Source of the DNA: Eledone cirrhosa
Lineage: Eukaryota
Direction of reading: 5' to 3'
DNA length: 64,000 nt
NCBI GenBank assembly: GCA_964016885.1
Contig: OZ024746.1
Span: 51,274,001 to 51,338,000 of the forward strand
Part shown: positions 32,475-48,393 of the stretch, one piece after another
Layout: each line of letters starts with the position of its first letter
How positions within the stretch are numbered: the first letter of the stretch is position 1
Translations under genes and position numbers: made by a program
Notes under the pieces: generated by a model
The model's database searches: none
What the model was told of the DNA's origin: nothing
The model's input: the letters and a program-made list of their open reading frames with translations, nothing else

Positions 32475-33198
32475 CATAAATCATGTCCTTAGAATTATTA
32501 GATAAAATATATAACATTTCCTCTCCCAATTAGCATAATTAACCATATATAAAATCAATTAGACCAGGCTATAAGAATTAAAGGCTCCTATGAAGAAATG
32601 TTCGACAAATAACCGAAAGCGGCTTCTTTGCGGTGACCCCAATAGAGTATTTATCCAACATTTCAACAGCATGTAGAAACTGACTAAATATACCGTCAAC
32701 CATACACAATTAGGTGTAAATTTAAACTTAGAAGAAACGTATACATACCGTAATTATATCTCTACCATGGTTTCGTCCGTATTTTTAAATATCCTATTTT
32801 TGGCGCGATCGCTTTGGAAAATTAACTGTCCAATCTTTTCTCCGGATGAGTCTGTTACTCTGGATACATCCTAATAATAGGATATCTAAAAATACGGACG
32901 AAACCATGGTAGAGATATAATTACGGTGTGTGCACGTTTCTTCTAAGTTTAAATTTACACCTAATTGTGTATGGTTGACGGTATATTTAGTCAGTTTCTA
33001 CATGCTATTGAAATGTTGGGTAAATACTCTATTGGGGTCACCGCGAAGAGGCCGCTTTCGGTTATTTGTCGAAAATTTCTTCATAGGAGCCTTTATTCTT
33101 ATAGCCTGGTCTAATTGATTTTTTATATGGTTAATTATGCTAATTGGGAGAGGAAATGTTATATATTTTATCTAATAATTCTAAGGACATGATTTATG
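32475..33198. repeat. ~323 bp inverted repeat (77 bp spacer) of a hammerhead-bearing PLE-like terminus
   Basis: 32475-32798 is the reverse complement of 32876-33198 with scattered mismatches. The right arm runs into (TA)n. Confidence 0.88.
32839..32915 (+). ncRNA. Type I hammerhead with one core substitution (CGGAUGA)
   Basis: TCTC-CGGATGA-GTCTGT...ACGGAC-GAAA-CCATGG-TA-GAGA, with palindromic ACCATGGT stem III. Confidence 0.78.
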
Positions 33199-33343
33199 TA
33201 TATATATATATATAAACTGTATATATATATATTTATATATGTATATATGTATGTTTATATATACATATATATCTATTTATATATATGTATGTACATATAT
33301 ATATATGTATACATGTATATGCATATATATATATATACATATA

Positions 33344-33382
<39 letters not shown>

Positions 33383-33418
33383 TCATGTATATGTATACAT
33401 GTATATATATATACATGA

Positions 33419-33468
<50 letters not shown>

Positions 33469-33634
33469 ATATATACATACATGCATACACACATGTATGC
33501 ATACGTATATAGATATATAAAACTTTTAACCGGAACTCTTACATATTCCATGTTACTTTATCTCACCGTCAAACTCTCCCTTTACTCCGTCTGCCCTCCA
33601 GCATTATCTGTCTTAGTGTCTATCACCTCCACCC

Positions 33635-34547
33635 TACACACACACACACACAGTGACACATACACATACACACTCACACATACACACATACACACAAACA
33701 CACACACAGAGACACTCCGTCACACACACACTCTCATACACTCACATACACATTCACACACACATACACTCGCATAAACACACACACACACATATACAGG
33801 CACTCATACATGCACATACGCACACACACATTCACACACACACTCATACACTCAGACACACACACATGCACATATGCACACACACATTCACACACTCACA
33901 TACACATTCACACACACATACACTCGCACACACACACACACATACACAGACACTCATACACACTCACACATGCGCATACGCACACATACATTCACACACA
34001 CACTCATGCACTCACACACACACACATTCACGTACGAACACAGACATTCACATACACACTCACACACACATACACTCACACACACATACACATACGCACA
34101 CACACATTCACACACACACACTCATACCCTCTCACACACACACATGCACACACACACACACACACACACACGCGCACATACACATACAAACAAGCACTCA
34201 CACATACACGGGGATACGGACAAACGCACATACACATGCACGTGCACACACACTCGCACATCTCTCAACCCTGCCAACCCCGTTTTTTTTGGCTCGTTTG
34301 TTCCTCGATATTCAATTTATCTCAGCCACCCTGATACCCTCAAAACCACCCAGTCCTTCTGGTCGTCACCCACTCCATTCTCTAGCTCTCTTTCAACAAC
34401 GTACCCGAATGACAGTCTTACAAAGCCATCAATCACTTTATCATACCTGGCCACGTTCACAGCTAACTGCTCCACCCGTATCTCGTGTCACGGCCAGATT
34501 TTCTCGGGTGCATGGCTAGCTATTGGAATCACACACACACATACATG

Positions 34548-34578
<31 letters not shown>

Positions 34579-35050
34579 GCACACTCACTCACTCACTCAC
34601 TCACTCACTCACTCACTCACTCACTCACACACATACACAGATACACACAAAGACACCCTCTCTCACCCACACACCCCCACACACACATACACTCACACAT
34701 ACACACACACACTCACATAAACACTCACACATACATACGCACTCTCTCACATACACACGCACATACACACACGCACACACATACACAGATACACACAGAG
34801 ACACTCTCTCTGACACACACACACATACACACACATACGCATACACACATGTACACACTTACATTCTTTTTTCCTCACACATACGCGTGAATAATCACAC
34901 ACATTTACATACACTCACACATACATACATACGCACCCATACAATCATTACACACACATACACACATGTTCACCATACGATCATTCTAAATTCCCGCTCT
35001 CAATTACATGTTATTTCACTAACACATATACGCACACACTCCCATTACAC
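33635..35050. repeat. Degenerate (CA)n/(CACT)n low-complexity region
   Basis: Visible directly and produces His/Thr-rich spurious ORFs. Confidence 0.85.
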
Positions 35051-35302
35051 ATTCTATCACTCGCTATAAACATGTCTATCTATCTATCTATCTATCTATC
35101 TTGATAGAGTGAGACACGCTTCACATCGGCTCTGCTATTCTATCGGAATTTACCCTTACTATAGTAAGTACCAATGAATTTTTTCAGTGCAACACATTTG
35201 GAACACTTGCCCCTGTTATTTAGGGAAACATTTTTACATTTACCCCCTTTTTAGGGGGTAAAATATATAACTATTTTTCTGTAAAACTTCTTTCTTGGAC
35301 GC

Positions 35303-36469
35303 ATGGCGGGAAAGATGGCAGACATGTCTCCCATTAGCTCTGCCACGCCCCCCAAGTCTGAAGAAGAAAAAATGGATACAATAAAACTAGACAACGAAAC
35401 AAACAAGGAAAATGAAAAAACAAATGTTACGGAAAATGAGCAAACGGAAAACAAACAAACAGAAAATAAGAATACAAAAAACAACAAGGCAACTTTCGCC
35501 CAGACAACAAAAAAATCTATAATATATACACCTATTGACTTAACTGCCGCCAGAGAAAAACTGGCAGAAGCAAAAAAGCACATAGTCTTGGAGGGGGGGG
35601 GGATGTTTTCCATTAATTCCCCCCCAGAATTCAAGAAAACGAGACTAGAAAACACTGTTCTGTTTAGAACAATTCTAAACCACACGAGAAAGCCAGCACA
35701 ACCCAGCCAAATGGAGATAGAGTTGTTCCTAAAAGACTATATGAAGAATATTCTCTTCATACGAAAGGACCGACTCTATGGCAGCATTTCTGTTTTAACA
35801 AAAGACAAGGAAACAGCACAGAGGCTTTCCCTAAGCCCACTATCAACAACAGCATACAGCTTCTATCCCTCCTACATGGGTAGAAAAACTCAGATTCAAA
35901 ATACAGACAATGCTGCCCACAATGGACTTCTGGTGGGCTATTGCTGGCTTCATAGACATAGGCGAGGACACAGTGCTGTCAATGGGAAGGCATCTGGAGA
36001 TGCGTTCCTGGGAATGGGCCTCGACTTACTAGTCCAAATGAGGCCCGAAAGAATAGCGCAAATCCCGGATCGCATCTGGCTGGATGACCTCACCCCAATA
36101 TATATAATTGTAGAGGGGAGAAGACCAGCATGCTATTCATGCATGGAAAGGGGACACGTTAAGGCTAACTGCCCGAATCGTATCCCCCAAAAAGTACTAT
36201 TGCCCACACCCACCACAAACAGTACACCAACACCACCCACCTCCAAAAATACACTAATACCACACACAGCAAACAAAATACAGACACCACCAACCACAAA
36301 CACAACACAAACATCACCACCACCAGCACCAAACACAAGCACGACACAAAAATCACCACCACCATCACCAACCACAACACAAACATCACCACCACCATCA
36401 CCAATCACAAGCACGACACAAACATCACCACCACCACCACAAAACATATTCCAAACTAATAATAAATAA
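35303..36469 (+). CDS. Tx1-like ORF1 (gag-like, CCHC zinc knuckle, Pro/Thr-rich repeat tail), probably prematurely stopped
   Basis: VEGRRPACYSCMERGHVKANC (CX2CX4HX4C) and TTQTSPPP repeats. Coding-like sequence continues to ~37151. Confidence 0.75.
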   Translation: MAGKMADMSPISSATPPKSEEEKMDTIKLDNETNKENEKTNVTENEQTENKQTENKNTKNNKATFAQTTKKSIIYTPIDLTAAREKLAEAKKHIVLEGGGMFSINSPPEFKKTRLENTVLFRTILNHTRKPAQPSQMEIELFLKDYMKNILFIRKDRLYGSISVLTKDKETAQRLSLSPLSTTAYSFYPSYMGRKTQIQNTDNAAHNGLLVGYCWLHRHRRGHSAVNGKASGDAFLGMGLDLLVQMRPERIAQIPDRIWLDDLTPIYIIVEGRRPACYSCMERGHVKANCPNRIPQKVLLPTPTTNSTPTPPTSKNTLIPHTANKIQTPPTTNTTQTSPPPAPNTSTTQKSPPPSPTTTQTSPPPSPITSTTQTSPPPPQNIFQTNNK

Positions 36470-37156
36470 AACAGCAACAAATCTACCCCTCCCGCAAAAA
36501 ACAACAACCAGACACCACGTCCCTCCCACCTAGCGCTGAAGAGTTTCCCCCAACTTCTGAAGAAGAAGGAGGAGAAGCCTTCAGACAAGTTAAAAGAAAA
36601 AAACGAAAGCACACACCCAGCACACCACAACAACAAATAACCCACACACAAACACCAACTCCAATCAAAAACACCCACCCTCGACAAACAAAAATAAATC
36701 TGCGCCTCCCCTCTTCGAAACATTGACAGCATCACAAAAAAAGACTTTGCAATACACATATATAAATAAAGAAAACAAAAAACTGTTTAAATTAATAAAC
36801 AATAGCCCTTTGGTGCAGACCGAAGGGCCAAACTTTATCTCAACAGAGAACTTCACCCATTTAAAAATGATAAAGTCCCTCTGGACCTTTATCGTTCCTT
36901 AAAAGAACAATTTAAACAGGACGTGAGCCCCCCCCCCCCCCTGTTTAAAACCGTTAAATCGCGTCCTCTTGAAAGATTTCCCCATAACCTCCCCTCTCCC
37001 TGACACAACTCCAAATACCCCAACCCCACCACACTCGGATACCCCCACACCACCACAAAACATCCCTCCACCCAACACACCCGACCCCATGGAAATTACA
37101 CAACCCGGAGAGGTAGGTGCTTTTCTTTCTTCACTTTCAACACCAAAATAGATCAA

Positions 37157-40100
37157 TTGAGAGTTGGCTGTTTGGATGCGCGTGGCCTGGGCTCAGCTTG
37201 GAAGCAAGCAAAGCTTCTAAGTGATCTCAGGTCACGAAGTATAGATGTGATGGTTGTTTGCGAGAGTCGGATCAGCAGCGTGCGACAGCTGGTTCCCGCC
37301 TTCGATGACTTTGAGATGCACGCATCTCTCTGTCAACCAGGAGGCGGGGGTGGGGTTGCCGTACTGCTGGATAAACGTCTGGCTCTCGACGTACAGATTG
37401 TTCACTCGGACCCGGGGGGTCGATTACTGGTGCTGGACGTCGGAGGCGGTGAAGGCGGGGCTTTCAGACTGGTCGGTCTTTATGCCCCCTTCGGGGCTGA
37501 AAGAGCCGACTTCTTCCAGCGTCTGGAGACTTTTCTAGGAACGTCGCGTTCCCTGCTTTTAGTGGGGGACTGGAATGGAATCCTAGATGCGCGTTGGGAC
37601 TATGCAGAGGCATGTCCCGATAGAGGGGGGTGTAGCAGCCTCAAGGGGTTACTCCATCGATTCGACCTGGTCGATAGATTTCGACTAGATTTTCCAACTG
37701 TGCCAACCTGGACCTGGGAAAACCGCAGTGGTCAATCTAGATCGTACCTAGATAGGTTTTTGGTTAGGAGTAAGGATAGGGACGTATTTAGTTGTCCAGA
37801 ATTGCTCATGGTTGGCTATTCAGATCACAAATTAGTGACCTGCGTGGTCAACCTTGAGAGAACGCATAGACATGGTCCCGTTTACTGGAAGATGAACTTG
37901 TCCTTGCCGGCAAAGGAAGCTTACAGGAACCGGATTAGTAGCTTAGTTAAGATGCGGTTGACGGGAGCGATCGTCAACAGCAGGTGGTGGGTATCTCTAA
38001 AGAGAGAGATTAAAGTAAGTTCGATAGGTTACAGTAAGGAACTAGCGGCGAATAGAAATAGGAGGGAAAGGGAGTTAACAGATAAACTAGAAGAGGCGAT
38101 TAGGAGCGGAGACGTGGCCAGAGTGTTAGCGTCGAGAACGGCGTTGAGCCAGTTCTTTGACGCGAAGCACGAAGGCTGCGTTGTCCGAAGTAAAATACGT
38201 GCTTTAGGAAACGAGGGGACCAAAGCTGTTGGCTGGGCCCGCGTGACAGAAGCCAAGAGTGGAATTAAATCCACCATTCGGTCTTTGCGAGACCAGGATG
38301 GACGGGTGATCCTTGAACCTGAGCGGATGTGCGAGGCCTTTCAAAGGGACTTTGCTCGACTGTTCGGAGGGGGCGGGGGGCCGGACGGGGATGTGGACTT
38401 CGGTCCATACCTCGACGGTCTACCGCGTCTTTCGAGCGGCGAAGCGGAGTGCTGCGAAAGGCCAATCACAGCCACTGAAATCGGTGAAGCGCTCAGCCAA
38501 TGCAGCAGACGCAAATCTCCGGGTCTCGATGGTCTACCATACGAACTTTATTTAGCTATGCCGGTCTTGTTCTCCGAACTCCTCGAGGCTGTCTATTGCA
38601 ACTGGCAACAGAACGGGAGAATTCCCTGTTCTGTGACCAAGGGCGTGGTCACGCTAGTGAGGAAGGACGAGAGCAAGGGGGACGACTTAAGTAACTTTAG
38701 GCCCATAACTCTGCTGAATGCAGAGTTACAGATTTTGGCCAAGGTGTTGGCGAAGAGGTTGGCGCTTGTGGTGGGTGGTTTGGTGGGAGACGCACAGACA
38801 TGCGCTATCCCGTCCAGATCCATTCACGACAACCTCCACCTCATGCGATACATCGTAGAGAGCGTTGGGAACGAACCCGGCTTTGGTGGGGCCCTGATCA
38901 ACTTAGATCAATCTAAGGCGTTCGATAGGGTCGACCATGGTTACCTGGATGCGGTGCTAGCGGCGGCGGGCTTCGGACCCGTTTTCAGGGGCTGGATTTC
39001 TGCCAGCACAGTGGCAACGTCTGCTCTAGGGTTAAAGTAAACGGCTACCTCTCGGAGCCGTTTCAAATCACCCGGTCCATCAGGCAGGGGTGCACCCTCT
39101 CCTCCCTTCTGTACGTATTGGCTCTCGAGCCACTGCTCCGGAAGTTGGAGTTGCTGCGGGGCATACCCCTGGAACCAGGATTGCACAAAGCGGTCTCGGC
39201 CTATGCCGACGACGTAACAGTAATGGTGGCGGACGCCTCGGAAATCGGGGCGATCGCCACCCTACTGGAGGAATACGAAAGGCTGACGGGGGCTAGGCTG
39301 AACCGGGACAAGTCAGTCGGTTTGCAACTCGGAACGCGGAGGGGCAAACCGATGCCGTTAGACGGTGTCGTCGGGCGGTGGACGGAGGGCCCGGTGAAGC
39401 TGCTCGGGGTCTGGTTCGGACCGGACCTCCAGGTGGAGAAGAATTGGGGCGAGGTGACGAGCAGGGTGTTTGCGCTGACCCAGAAGTGGGCCAAGTGCAA
39501 ACTATCACTGAAAGGTCGGGCGGAGGTGACCAACGCTTACATAGCGTCCGTCATCTACTACCGCCTGACCGTCGTGCCTTGCCCCAAGGAAACGCTCACC
39601 ATCATGGAGCGCATGCTCTTCCAGTTCCTCTAGAAGAAGCGGCCTCCCATGGTGAGGAGATCCATCTGCTGCCAGCACCCTTCGAAAGGAAGGCTGGGTA
39701 TGCCGTGGCTGTTGATGCGTAGGCTACGCATTGAGGCTACGGCATCTACAGGTATTCCTCACCGGTCAGCCGGTGGGCCCTGTTTGTGAGGCGAACCTTC
39801 CCACAGCTCGTCTCGCTCACCGAGCTGCAATCCTGGGTGAAGCAAAGACCGAGAAAACTGGGCAACTGGCACACCGAGTGTGCCCAGGCGCTCACGGCTC
39901 TCTGGCAAGCGGACCCGACTATCAGTGGAGAATCCACCTCGACATTCTATAGAGGGCTGGTGGCTAGCAGGGGCGACGACACCCTTGGAGAGTCGCTAGG
40001 CATGGAGGAGGACGAACTGGCCAGCCTGTTCGGTAGAACTTTCGGCCCGGGACCCATGGACAACTTCCAGAGGTCCCTAGCCTGGCAGTGCTACCGGGGG

Positions 40101-40510
40101 GCTCTCTGCCCGTTCGAGAAAAGCTCTACAGACACGGGCGCCCGGGCAGGGATCCCGCGAAAAAGATCTGTCCCAGATGCGTGCGCGACGAGGAAACCGT
40201 TGCGCACGCACTAGTAGACTGCCCGGGCGTTGCCGATCTGTGGGGCTACGTCGAACGACTGCTGTCGTGTGTGGCGCCGATTCGATTGGCCGCCGAGTCT
40301 GTGGTGAACATCAAGCCGCCTCCTCCCTTCAGAAATGAAGCAGAGGCGGTCTTTCTCCGGCCAACACCTGGTTTACTTCTTCCGATACCACTTCGGAAGA
40401 AGGATCAGGATGGAGAGAGAAGTGCTTGGCCCCAGACAGTTTTATGAAAGGTGGGTGAAAGAAGCGAGAATGGCTCGTGTAAATGGGCCTTCTCTCTACA
40501 TTGTTCTGTA
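37157..40510 (+). pseudogene. Tx1-like ORF2: APE endonuclease + reverse transcriptase + C-terminal CCHC, frameshifted
   Basis: GDWN, SYLDRF, SDHK (APE). KSPGLDG, FRPITLLN, LDQSKAFDRVDH, AYADD (RT). CPRC...ETVAHALVDC. Frameshift at ~39004, stop at 39631, later frameshifts. Confidence 0.92.
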
Positions 40511-40757
40511 GGTGAAGAAGTGAAGAGGAAAGGGGGAGCGCCTCCTCTCTGGGCTTCCCCCGCGAAAAGGGTTGCACACTTTTCGGGGGTATGTGCAATC
40601 CCCAACACGCCCCTCCCTTTTGAGGACTTTTTATTATTATATTATTCTTATTGTTATGCCTTTTTCTTTACTCGCATTTATGTAAACTCCCCCTGTGTAT
40701 TTGTCCCTTTCTCTTGTGCCCTAGTGGCAAATAAAGAAATCTATCTATCTATCTATA

Positions 40758-40934
40758 TAATTGTTTCTACTTTAGGCACAAGGCCAGCAATTACCCAGTG
40801 CATTACTGGTACTTTATTTTATCGACCCCGTAAGGATGAAAGGCAAAGTCAACCTCGGCAGGATTTGAACTCAGATCGTAAAGGGACGTAACTATGCTGG
40901 AAAGCATGGCATCCGACCCTCTACCGATACTGCC
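40758..40934 (-). mobile_element. tRNA-derived SINE copy
   Basis: Reverse complement of the consensus. Confidence 0.85.
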
Positions 40935-41366
40935 GTGTTATATATATATATATATATTTCCCACTCTACTACCCTAAGTATTGAGTACTCTGGTGCGTTA
41001 TGGTCCATCTGGTTCCTTATCACAATTCCTTTGTTATATATATATATATTATTCTTTTACTCTTTTACCTGTTCCAGCCATACGGCTGAGGCCATGCTGG
41101 GGCACCGCCCTTGTTAAAGAATATAGACATAGTTAAAGACATAGTCACTACTTTAAAACTGATAGCGTATGGTCTTCTAAATGTTTTTAATTAAACATAC
41201 GGTATATTGCCAAATATACTATACATACATTCATATATATGTATATATATATATACCAAGTGTGGTAAGAAACCAGGTGGACCATAACGCACCAGAGTAC
41301 TAGATATCTCGGATCTAGCTGTCGAAACGGTCGGAGCTCAGCCGTTGGGGTCCTGACTCGTTTGAT

Positions 41367-41430
<64 letters not shown>

Positions 41431-41432
<2 letters not shown>

Positions 41433-42246
41433 TAGCAGCAGTACCCAGCGTTGCCTGGGTAGGTGAAATAATATCTGCTTTGATTTGATTAAAAGGTGTT
41501 GATCTTAGCGACTGCTTCTCGATGACATCTATGGCCACACACAGGCCATGCGGGTGAGGGTCGTGATGACCTCTATCACTGAGAAACGCGGGTGACTGAC
41601 GAAGGGGCGTGCTGGGGGAGGGAGTTTCGAATTTGAACGAAATCGGTTGAAAAATGTTGGAGCTAGAGCCGAAAAGGCGGAAATTTGAGAGAAAATGTGG
41701 TATTTTCGAATATTTAAGTGGTAGCCATGCCGTTCCAGAACAAAAAATCCAAAATGTAAAGCCACTTTAAGACGTGAACTAATCAGATCTAGCATAGTGT
41801 AAAATTTGAACAAAGTAGTTTGATTAATGTAGGAGCTAGAGCCGAAAAAGTGGAAATTTGAGTTAAAAAGTGGTATTTTTGAATATTTAAGCGGCTGCCA
41901 CATAATGGCTTTATATTTTGCAACAAATGCAAAATATAAAGCCATTACAGGATGTGCAATGATAAATTCTATGTTGCTTTAAAATTTGAACGAAATCGGT
42001 GTGAAAATGTGGGAGCTAGAGCCAAAAATCTTATTTTTCGATACCTAAAAAAAGTGATCCCCCCTATCGATTTTTATCTGCAGAATGACCCCGGAATAAA
42101 AAAAAACGATACGCTGATATATAGAAAACACTCCCCGATGACTAATCTATGAGCCTGTAAAGTTTCATAAAAATCGGTCGTAAGATGTAGGCCCTATAGG
42201 TAATACACAGACACACACACATACTTAATTTTATATATATACAGAT
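41431..42246 (-). mobile_element. Non-autonomous Helitron-like element
   Basis: On - it starts TCTGTATATATATAAAA...TGTGTGTCTGT and ends with hairpin CCCAG gcaacg CTGGG followed by CTGCTAGT. Internal GAGCTAGAGCC repeats. Confidence 0.72.
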
Positions 42247-42563
42247 ATATATATATATATATTCAAAAAAGAAAGAGAGAAGATGTGTGGTTACCAATAA
42301 ATGTTTAGAAATCTTGGATGAAAACGCAAACACAAGGACAAGTATATATATATATATATATATGTGTGTGTATGTGTGTGTGTGTGTGTGTGTGTATGTA
42401 TATATATATCATCATTATCATCATATTTTAACGTCCATCTACGCACACACACACACATATATATATATATGTATGTATATATATATATATATGTATTTTT
42501 CCGGGAAAAACTTGAACCGTTAACATCTTCCTGGTTATGTCAATATTTATAAAACAAACTTTA

Positions 42564-42624
42564 TATTTTATCTGATGAGAGCGTACCAAAGTTTTGGTAC
42601 CCTTGAAATATATATAATAGAATA
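42564..42624 (+). ncRNA. Type I hammerhead ribozyme, intact; relative of the HHR of the intact PLE
   Basis: TATTTTAT-CTGATGA-GAGcGTACCAAA gt TTTGGTACcCTT-GAAA-TATATA-TA-ATAGAATA, followed by the same AATATGGTTTTATAAATATAGTTTCCATTTATTTAAT tail as at 58008. Confidence 0.88.
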
Positions 42625-43244
42625 AATATGGTTTTATAAATATAGTTTCCATTTATTTAATATCATTGAATATTATACTCCAGAAAACTTGTCGAGTTCT
42701 TCGAATCAGTTATAAACATTTATATTTGTTGAATTACCAACACATTAAATATCCCTTTTGCTTATATATATATATGTCCCTCTACCCCTCTCTCTATTGA
42801 CCTTTAGGAATGATACTTATATTAATACTCCATTATGAACAGAACAAGCCTATAAGGACCTATATCATAGTTGATATGGTACAACTTACGTGGAGTACGT
42901 AATCCTGTTTACATTTCAATTAATTGATTATTGTGACGTAAGATTCACACTTCTAATTAATTAATTAATTAACTAATTAATCATTTAGATAAACGATATG
43001 AATGTGTATATATATATACAAGTATTGCACCAAGAAAAATATAACGTCGGCGTGAAGGAGATTATGAATTCATTTGCTTTGACATATGTTTCTATGTCTA
43101 TTATAAATTGTCGACCTATGCTGACTATGATATATATTGTTCAAACATATGCAATACATAGTTATTTATTACACTTCACCAGAAAGCCTATAGTAGTGGA
43201 ATTCAACTATTCACTACGCGGCTGACACACACACACACACACAC

Positions 43245-43275
<31 letters not shown>

Positions 43276-43282
<7 letters not shown>

Positions 43283-44670
43283 AGATCAAAAGATGGTTAA
43301 AGGAGTTCCATGTATTTTATTATGCGTATTTCAAAAACAAACATCATCATGCAATAATATTTGTGTTTTCATCAGATAAAACAGGAGAACATGATATGAA
43401 GGCTAAAAAACACTTGTGGATAGTGCAGTTTTAAATCTACATATGAAAAGTGGTTTTAGATTGATGTGTGATATTGGGAAAAATATTTTATTTAGAGAGG
43501 GGGGGGGGTGGAAAGGATGAAAAAGGGGGAGGAGATGAGAGGGAGAGATGGGTGATAGAGAGAAAGAGATAGCTTTTATAACTGAGAGGAGATATACTGT
43601 CCCACACAGAGAGGTTGAAAACCGTTGGAAGATAATGTATAAACCCCAAAAAATTTTTGAAAATCAACGAAAGGAGGATATGTGCGAGGAAAAAGTATTT
43701 TATTTAAGGAGGGGGGCTGGAAAGGATGAAAAAAGGGGGAGGAGATGAGAGTGAAGGTGGAGAGGGAGAGATGGGCGATAGAGAGAAAGAGATAGTTTTT
43801 ATAACTGAGAGAAAGATACATTGCCTTACACAGAGAGGTTGAGAAACCGTTGGAAGATAATGTATAAATTAAAGGAATTTGAAAATTAACGAAGGGAATT
43901 TATGTATGAAGATAGAGAGAAGAAATAATAATTGTGGATGAATATTCTAACGTCAAAAAAAGGGTATGTTGTGGCAATTTCAAAATTAACGAAGAGAAAA
44001 ATTTATTAAGGTTTGTGTGTAGAAGGATTTGAGAAAAATAATGTGAAGTTAAAGTTTGTATATTGGAGGAATTGATAATATATGCGAATAGAGTTAATAT
44101 GTATTAAGAATGAGTTCGTTGATGGGGGAGAAAAAAAAATAAATTAAGGATGAAATTGAGATTAAAAAGATTTATGAGAGAGAGAGAAAAAAATAATGAT
44201 TGCGGATAAATATTCTAACGTAAAAAAAAACAGATGTATATGTTATGGATGATTTTACAAGGTGAAGATAGAGTGAGGGTAATGAGTAAACAAGTATTAT
44301 AGAGTGTATAAAGCCCTTTAAAGTATGGTAGGAAGATGGGTATATTTTAAAGAGGTGTATGTATATGTGCCTTTGAGAAAAGATTCTAAATTGATAAAGA
44401 ATTGAATATTAACTGTATACTTTGTGAAAAGTTCTATGGAATTTATGCAGGCAGATAGAAAACAAATCTGTGCGTCTATTTATTATAGAATCTAGGTTAG
44501 AGATAATGGTAAATTTTTCATTTAGGCAGAGATTACAGATTTTAGATAGAGAGCTGTTCAAGTATGAGGATGCAGAAGAAATCTTCTTCCAAAAGATGGT
44601 ATATTTAATGTTTTTGTCTTTTAAGGACCATATGAGTTCTGAGAGAGCAGTGTTAGTTCTTTTAAGTTTG
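43276..44670 (-). mobile_element. 5'-truncated Penelope-like element: GIY-YIG C-terminus, ~1 kb 3' UTR with tandem duplication, hammerhead, then (TA)n
   Basis: TALSELIWSLK...ICNLCLNEKFTII...NRRTDLFSICLHK at 44409-44670, HHR at 43313-43383. Confidence 0.85.
43313..43383 (-). ncRNA. Type I hammerhead ribozyme, intact core
   Basis: Minus strand reads TGTTTTAT-CTGATGA-long G.U-rich stem II-GAAA-TACGCA-TA-ATAAAATA, near-identical to 61996-62066. Confidence 0.85.
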
Positions 44671-44871
44671 TATATATATATATATGTGTGTGTGTGCGTG
44701 TGTGTGTATGTGTAGGATACAGGGGCCGACGGTCCAAGAAACAACGCCATGCGTTCGGCCTTTCAATGTTTATTTTAAGTTTTGCCGTCTGAAGAGCTTA
44801 GCCTACCATAACTGATATTCCTCAGTGAAATATGTTTTAAATAAACCTGATTCAACAGAATATTACCTCCG

Positions 44872-44936
<65 letters not shown>

Positions 44937-45164
44937 ATAGTTGGGGAGGTCATATTGTTATAATATTGCCAGAAATAATAACAAAACACACTCACTGTTT
45001 GGTTTGGGTTGGTTTTCGCTTCTGTATCGTTTATATCTTTATAATAATTTTATCTGGCAATCAATGTTTATCATTGATTGACCAACGGTTAAAAACATAT
45101 ATATAAATATATATATATAGTCCATCAAAGTTCTTTCATCACACACTTGTGATATCATCAGTGG

Positions 45165-47469
<2,305 letters not shown>

Positions 47470-47928
47470 GTTATACTCCAAGATTGAACGGAATTCTTAC
47501 AAACTTGTGGAGTTACCCCTATTATAGCCATGTCAGTAGAATGAACCCTTCATTCTTGCCCTTGTGTTGGCATGTGAACAGAACTGCAGACACTAATGTT
47601 TCTGGGTATCGCCCTTCACCAGTACAGCTCACTGTTCACCTGCCAAACTGTCATAGCTAGTGAAAATATATGCTATTTTCAAAAATGCACAGTGACCGAT
47701 CGACCTGATTTGTATATTAGCAGACTGCCTGATCAGTCAAATCTGCATATTAGCAGATCCACTGATCAGCCGGCCATTTATCGCTCGTATACAGGAAACT
47801 GACTGGTCAGTCTGCTGATATGCAAATCTGGCTGATCAATCGATCTGCTAATATCCAGATCTGACTGATCAGCCAGAAACTCTGTTTCTCTCTCTCACAC
47901 ACACTCACTCATACATATACATACGCTC

Positions 47929-47992
<64 letters not shown>

Positions 47993-48226
47993 CTACATAC
48001 ATATTTGTGAGTATGTGCATGTGTGTCTGTATACAAACATAATTTAAATCATGGCGAAGAGAGTTCTATATTACGTGACTAACAAATGGTTTCATCTGGC
48101 GAATGTTTTCTGAAATCGTAAATAATATAGACCACGTGAGAAAATATTGCTTATATAACACCAGATGTGGAACGGGGGTGGCTGGTGTGGAGAAAACATA
48201 ATTTATGATAGTAGGAGTGGAATGGA

Positions 48227-48296
<70 letters not shown>

Positions 48297-48356
48297 GAGA
48301 GATAGATAGATAGATAGAAAGAGAAAGAGAGAGAGGGAGAGAGATAGGGTTTGGGA

Positions 48357-48393
<37 letters not shown>

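Larger units (their letters stand above)
35101..40739 (+). mobile_element. Near full-length Tx1-like (L1 group) non-LTR retrotransposon inserted in (ATCT)n
   Basis: ORF1 with zinc knuckle, ORF2 with APE, RT and CCHC, AATAAA at ~40730, TCTA repeats on both flanks (35075-35100 and 40740-40756). Confidence 0.92.

Noticed and set aside
44766-44850. CTGAAGA...GAAA with distal GTTTATTT/AAATAAAC pairing
   Set aside because: Stems adjacent to the core are poor; counted only as a decayed candidate, not as a feature
47690-47880. Short CTGATCAG-rich direct and inverted repeats
   Set aside because: Probably a degraded MITE or minisatellite; no termini or function can be supported
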